Origin: Hyphomicrobiales bacterium
Lineage (GTDB): Bacteria > Pseudomonadota > Alphaproteobacteria > Rhizobiales > Aestuariivirgaceae
Direction: 5' to 3'
Length of the DNA: 64,000 nt
Assembly: GCA_038251095.1 (NCBI GenBank)
Contig: JBBSBQ010000018.1
Location: 159 to 64,158, forward strand
Shown: positions 62,261 through 64,000 of the stretch, piece after piece
How positions within the stretch are numbered: the first letter of the stretch is position 1
Layout: each line of letters starts with the position of its first letter
Notes under the pieces: model-generated
Seen by the model: the letters and a program-made list of their open reading frames with translations, nothing else
Told to the model about the DNA's origin: nothing
Databases searched by the model: none
Translations under genes and position numbers: made by a program

Positions 62261-62506
62261 ATGGCAAAAAGCGCAAGTTATCGCGGAGTGTATTGGGGAA
62301 TAAACCGGCAAGGAAAGGTCGACTGCGTTTACGAGAGCTTCGCCAAAGGTGCAGCATCGCTTCACCATCACGGCACGACACACCCTGTAATGCCTGGGCA
62401 TATGTCTCAGTCCGAAGTGATAATTGTATTTGGCCTTACCGACGTTCAATATGTGCACGGCTCAGTCATGGGTTCCGAAATGGAAAAACAGATTATTGCT
62501 GACTGA
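62261..62506 (+). CDS. hypothetical ORF truncated by the IS insertion (possible AP2-like YRGVYW motif)
   Basis: Its TGA stop is formed by the first bases of the IS left inverted repeat (62504-62506). Confidence 0.3.
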   Translation: MAKSASYRGVYWGINRQGKVDCVYESFAKGAASLHHHGTTHPVMPGHMSQSEVIIVFGLTDVQYVHGSVMGSEMEKQIIAD

Positions 62507-62521
62507 ATAGCCCCGAGTTTC

Positions 62522-63436
62522 CTAGACACCTTGCAGGTTCAGTTTTTGCTGCTTCTCAAATTCGATTGGTGACAGCATGCCGTTTCTAACATGTTTGCGT
62601 TGGGGGTTATAGAACATCTCGATGTAGTCGAATACATCTTGCCTCGCTTCATCCCTGGTCTTGTAGGTTTTGCGCCTGACACGTTCGCGTTTGAGCAGGT
62701 TGAAGAAGCTCTCAGCAACAGCATTATCATAGCAGTTTCCCCTGCGGCTCATACTGTGTTCGAGATTGTGCTGCTTCAGGAATGAAGCCCAGTCGATGCT
62801 GGTGAACTGTGAGCCTTGGTCAGAGTGGATCAAAACCTTTCCTGCTGGCTTTCTGCGCCAGACGGCCATGAGCAAAGCTTGCAGGACAAGATCAGTGGTC
62901 TGGCGGCTTTGCATCGACCAGCCCACAACACGCCGGGAATACAGGTCAATCACGGCTGCAAGATATGCAAAACCCTCATTGGTCTTGATGTAAGTGATGT
63001 CTGTGACCCATGCCGTATCAGGTGCAGTGACATCAAACTGGCGATCCAGGGTGTTGTCGACAATGATTGATGGCTTGCCGCCATACTTACCGGAGCGACG
63101 TTTGTAGCCGATCTGGGCTTTGATCCCTGCCATTCTGGCTAGTCTGGCAACCCGGTTGGGGCAGCAGCTCTCGCCCTGGTCTCGAAGATCATCGTGCAGT
63201 TTGCGGTAACCATACACCTTGCCGCTGTCTTCCCAAGCGTGCTTGAGAAGCTCGGTCTGTTGCTTATCTTCCACAGCCCGTTTGCTGAATGGCCGCTTCA
63301 GCCAGGCATAAAACCCGCTAGGATGAACAGTCAGCAAACTGCACATGCTGCGGACATTGAATTGCTGGTGATGCCCTTTGATGAACGCGTATCTCATTTT
63401 GCATCCTTGGCGAAATACGCGTTCGCCGGGGCTCAC
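62522..63436 (-). CDS. IS3-family transposase OrfB (DDE/rve integrase domain)
   Basis: WVTDITYI...AAVIDLYSRRVVGW...HSDQGSQFTS...DNAVAESFF... Confidence 0.88.
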   Translation of the reverse strand: MSPGERVFRQGCKMRYAFIKGHHQQFNVRSMCSLLTVHPSGFYAWLKRPFSKRAVEDKQQTELLKHAWEDSGKVYGYRKLHDDLRDQGESCCPNRVARLARMAGIKAQIGYKRRSGKYGGKPSIIVDNTLDRQFDVTAPDTAWVTDITYIKTNEGFAYLAAVIDLYSRRVVGWSMQSRQTTDLVLQALLMAVWRRKPAGKVLIHSDQGSQFTSIDWASFLKQHNLEHSMSRRGNCYDNAVAESFFNLLKRERVRRKTYKTRDEARQDVFDYIEMFYNPQRKHVRNGMLSPIEFEKQQKLNLQGV

Positions 63437-63442
63437 CTCTTT

Positions 63443-63679
63443 TTAGGATTCACGCTCCTCAGTGACACGGGCCAGTTCCTGTTTCAGTCGCTTGATCTCC
63501 GCCGACTGATCTTCCTTCATCATCACAGGCGGAGAAGCGGCATACCGCTTCATCCAGCCGTAAAGCGAGTGGGTACTAACCCCCAAACGCTGGGACACGT
63601 CAGCGACCGAGTGCCCACGCTCCGTAATCTGCTTGATTGCATCCAACCTGAAATCTTCGGTGAAATTGGCCTTGCCCAT
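63443..63679 (-). CDS. IS3-family transposase OrfA (HTH)
   Basis: FTEDFRLDAIKQITERGHSVADVSQRLGVSTHSLYGWMKRY, followed by a leucine-zipper-like tail. Confidence 0.85.
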   Translation of the reverse strand: MGKANFTEDFRLDAIKQITERGHSVADVSQRLGVSTHSLYGWMKRYAASPPVMMKEDQSAEIKRLKQELARVTEERES

Positions 63680-64000
63680 GATCGTCTCCTTGCCTCATTT
63701 TAAAGGGGCAAAGTGTCTACAAATCTAGGGGCTATTCACAGTGCATTAGTTTCCGATCTGGTTTATGCGCGAGAACTTCTTGACGATCCTTCCAATATCA
63801 GCGGTTTCAGGTGATCAAGGCTTGTTCAAATGTAATGCGTTTCAATACTATGACAGGGCGACAAGGAGCCGAATAAGCGGGACGCAACCACAACAGGATA
63901 ACGAAATGGATAAACGAAATGAGTACCCCGCATTAAAAACAAATACTTGGATGCGCTATGTGAATGGCATCCCTGCCCCGACCATATGGCAACACAATTG

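Larger units (their letters stand above)
62504..63738 (-). mobile_element. IS3-family insertion sequence, about 1.2 kb
   Basis: Imperfect terminal inverted repeats: TGAATAGCCCC(g/t)AG... at 62504, and its complement ending at 63738. OrfA and OrfB lie inside. Confidence 0.85.

Noticed and set aside
63906-64000. Partial plus-strand ORF (MDKRNEYPALKTNTWMRYVNG...) running off the window end.
   Set aside because: Only about 30 codons are visible and no motif is recognisable. It cannot be supported.

Overview
Moderately GC-rich alphaproteobacterial (Hyphomicrobiales-like) chromosome segment. The right half (36-61.7 kb) is ordinary core: asd, acnA, sdhCDAB, acs, gpsA, tsaD, hemC-hemD, a mitofilin-like gene and a hemY-like gene, plus small conserved genes. 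The left end (2.6-13 kb) holds the most unusual content. Two divergent operons encode three multihaem c-type cytochromes (5 + 4 + 10 CXXCH motifs), a predicted outer-membrane beta-barrel, an operon-embedded CcmI-like chaperone, a His-rich integral membrane protein and a cytoplasmic 2Fe-2S/FNR-type reductase. I read this as a candidate uncharacterised trans-envelope electron-transfer module. From 13.2 to 35.7 kb there is a mosaic, partly decayed accessory region. It is bounded by tRNA-Ser(CGA) and a 16-nt direct copy of that tRNA's 3' end. It carries a PAS/GAF hybrid histidine kinase, a PilZ gene, a Dpp-type ABC transporter with an M24 peptidase, remnants of a ParB-methylase, an IS3 element and an acetamidase, plus H1-like, SRAP, CspA and SNase-like genes, a GreA-like factor and a ku-ligD operon. 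The right edge has tRNA-Thr(CGU) preceded by two copies of its 5' half and followed by an IS3-family element. Several otherwise well-conserved reading frames are interrupted by single in-frame stops (mostly TAG) or 1-nt frameshifts. This is either real gene decay or consensus error and needs read-level checking. No CRISPR array or rRNA was seen.
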